Shown here one piece after another: positions 62,406 to 64,000 of a DNA stretch of 64,000 bases. Source of the stretch: Macrostomum lignano (lineage: Eukaryota); contig NIVC01001308.1 in NCBI GenBank assembly GCA_002269645.1, positions 1-64,000 on the forward strand. The letters are read 5' to 3'. Under the pieces are notes generated by a model. It saw nothing but the letters and a program-made list of their open reading frames with translations, was not told the origin of the DNA and searched no databases. Numbering within the stretch: the first letter of the stretch is position 1; each line of letters starts with the position of its first letter. A program made the translations under genes and the position numbers.

Positions 62406-63660
62406 TCTGTGAGGGACTGTGACGTGGCATCTGTGACATGGCATAAGTTATTTTTATTGAAAATCATCAATGTGATTAGCTTATTTTTTCCTATTAGAGG
62501 CAGAGGGCTGTGTGCACCCTTGGACACTTTAAGCGACATTGTCACACAACCGGCGAGAGGCATTACTGCCCATTCCACCGACTCCCCTGAGCAGGCACAC
62601 AAGCGCGCGGATACGTATGCAGTCAAGCGCACAGGCACACACTCACACAGGAGTGTACAGCGGCCCTAAACTTTATTTTCTGGATGTACACTTCACTGTG
62701 CCTTGGGGTTTGGCCCTCAAGGGCGGCCCCTAATTGATTACGAGCTAATTAGTTAATTTTATTTTCGCAATTCATCATTAATTACAATAGTTTAAAAAAT
62801 ATCTTGCAGATTCCAGTTAACGAAAATATGATTAATACAATATTGATTTTATTGGTAACTTTATTGAAAAAAATGAATCGTGTGCTAGACAATCTGTGGG
62901 AAAAAGCGATAAAAATTGAAATGCTTGTACAAGTATTGAAAAAATGTCCCACCGTATTGGAGTTAAAATAAGTCTGTTTGAAATTTCGAGAGGAATATGA
63001 AATAATATGAAGCCGATTCAAGAGTTCAAACGAAAGGATAAAAAGTAAAAAAACTAGTCAACAATAGACGAAATTATATCATGTACAAATGAATCCACGA
63101 GTATTTTTACGTAGAGGTATGATGCAATATAGTTAATGAAAAAGAAAAAACTGCAAATTTTCATGATAAAAAAATCATTTTATTGGCGTATGTTTTTGCT
63201 TTTCGAAGCGACTCTTTTTTCCGCGACTTACTCAGTCATTTTTTCAGTATGTCTCCACTTTGTCTCTGTTTGCTCTCACTCTCAGTCCAGTTCAGTCTTG
63301 TTATTCTTATCTCTCACTCGCTGCCTTCTGATCGGCTCTTCAATCTCGCCTCTCTCATTGCCTCTCGTCGCTTCGTCTACCGGCTTCTCAACTCTTCGCT
63401 TGGCATCTCTTTCTACTCTCGGGCTGTCGGTCTCGTCTTCCGTCGGAGTCTGTGCTGGCGGCATATCTCGCCGGTTTCTCTCGTCAATTTTCTTCAGTCT
63501 GTTCCGCTCATTCTCGCTTGTCAGTCTCCAGTTTCATTCGTTCTTTATATCAACTCGATTTCTCATCTCCTTCTCGTATTCAACAGACTCAATATGCTTC
63601 TACATTTTTTTGTGAACTGCACAAGACGTCATCAATTAAGAATTAAAAGTCGCGACACTC

Positions 63661-64000
63661 CTAACAGATGAAGGCAGTCAGCGTGGCCAAGATGCTGCCC
63701 TGACAAGCGGGACACCGCGACGCGGTACTCAAGCACCGGTGACAGGCGCTGAAGTGAGTGCAGGGCAGGATCACGCGGTCTCGGACTGACGTTTGGCAAA
63801 CCATGCACCGATCGCTCGATGATTCGGCGAGGCCTTCGCTTAAGTTTCCCACTGTAGTCGGCGGAGCGGCAGCCGACGGCACAGCCAGGACGGCCGGATG
63901 ATTAACTTGAAATTCCGTATTTTGCGCCGTTGTCGATAGAGGCGTTTCCTGCAAAACCGATCGAATATCTACAGCCGAGAGTAAACCCATCGACGAGGTT
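63661..64000 (-). CDS. 3' end of a C-terminal C3HC4 RING-finger (IAP/MGRN1/Neuralized-type) E3 ligase gene; 5' part outside the window
   Basis: C-x2-C-x11-C-x-H-x3-C-x2-C-x6-C-x2-C (CMVC...LPCTHFSACHRC...CPAC) directly before the stop; frame stays open to the window edge. Confidence 0.88.
   Translation of the reverse strand, partial: TSSMGLLSAVDIRSVLQETPLSTTAQNTEFQVNHPAVLAVPSAAAPPTTVGNLSEGLAESSSDRCMVCQTSVRDRVILPCTHFSACHRCLSTASRCPACQGSILATLTAFIC

Noticed and set aside
63170-63660. Charged minus-strand ORF (63282-63464)
   Set aside because: It falls between the RING stop and an AATAAA at about 63180; most simply a purine-rich 3' UTR

Overview
Animal (eukaryotic) genomic DNA with spliceosomal GT-AG introns. 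About 45% of the window (~29 kb, my rough sum) is micro/minisatellite; this repeat load and the very short introns are reminiscent of the flatworm Macrostomum, but that is inference only. Nearly all long ORFs in the six-frame track are stop-free artefacts of simple repeats. By walking splice sites and intron phases by hand I assembled: (1) a minus-strand TPR gene resembling meiotic TEX11/ZIP4/Spo22 (at least 9 exons, 564-3885, probably continuing past the left edge); (2) a plus-strand locus of two same-frame ORFs (77 aa and 616 aa, tail-anchored) separated by one TAA; (3) a 6-exon minus-strand gene (12270-36144) for a 394-aa signal peptide + 2 Ig + GPI-tail protein; (4) a single-exon 133-aa type-I membrane protein (46437-46838); (5) a 6-exon alpha-arrestin (54071-61886, 402 aa); (6) the 3' end of a C3HC4 RING gene at the right edge. 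Mobile DNA: three tRNA-derived CORE-type SINEs, an internally deleted P-superfamily (THAP) transposon with perfect 35-bp TIRs and a 7-bp TSD, a foldback/MULE-like MITE with a 9-bp TSD, and a 5'-truncated LINE inside a minisatellite. No rRNA, bona fide tRNA or CRISPR array was seen. Family assignments come from motif recall, not database searches.
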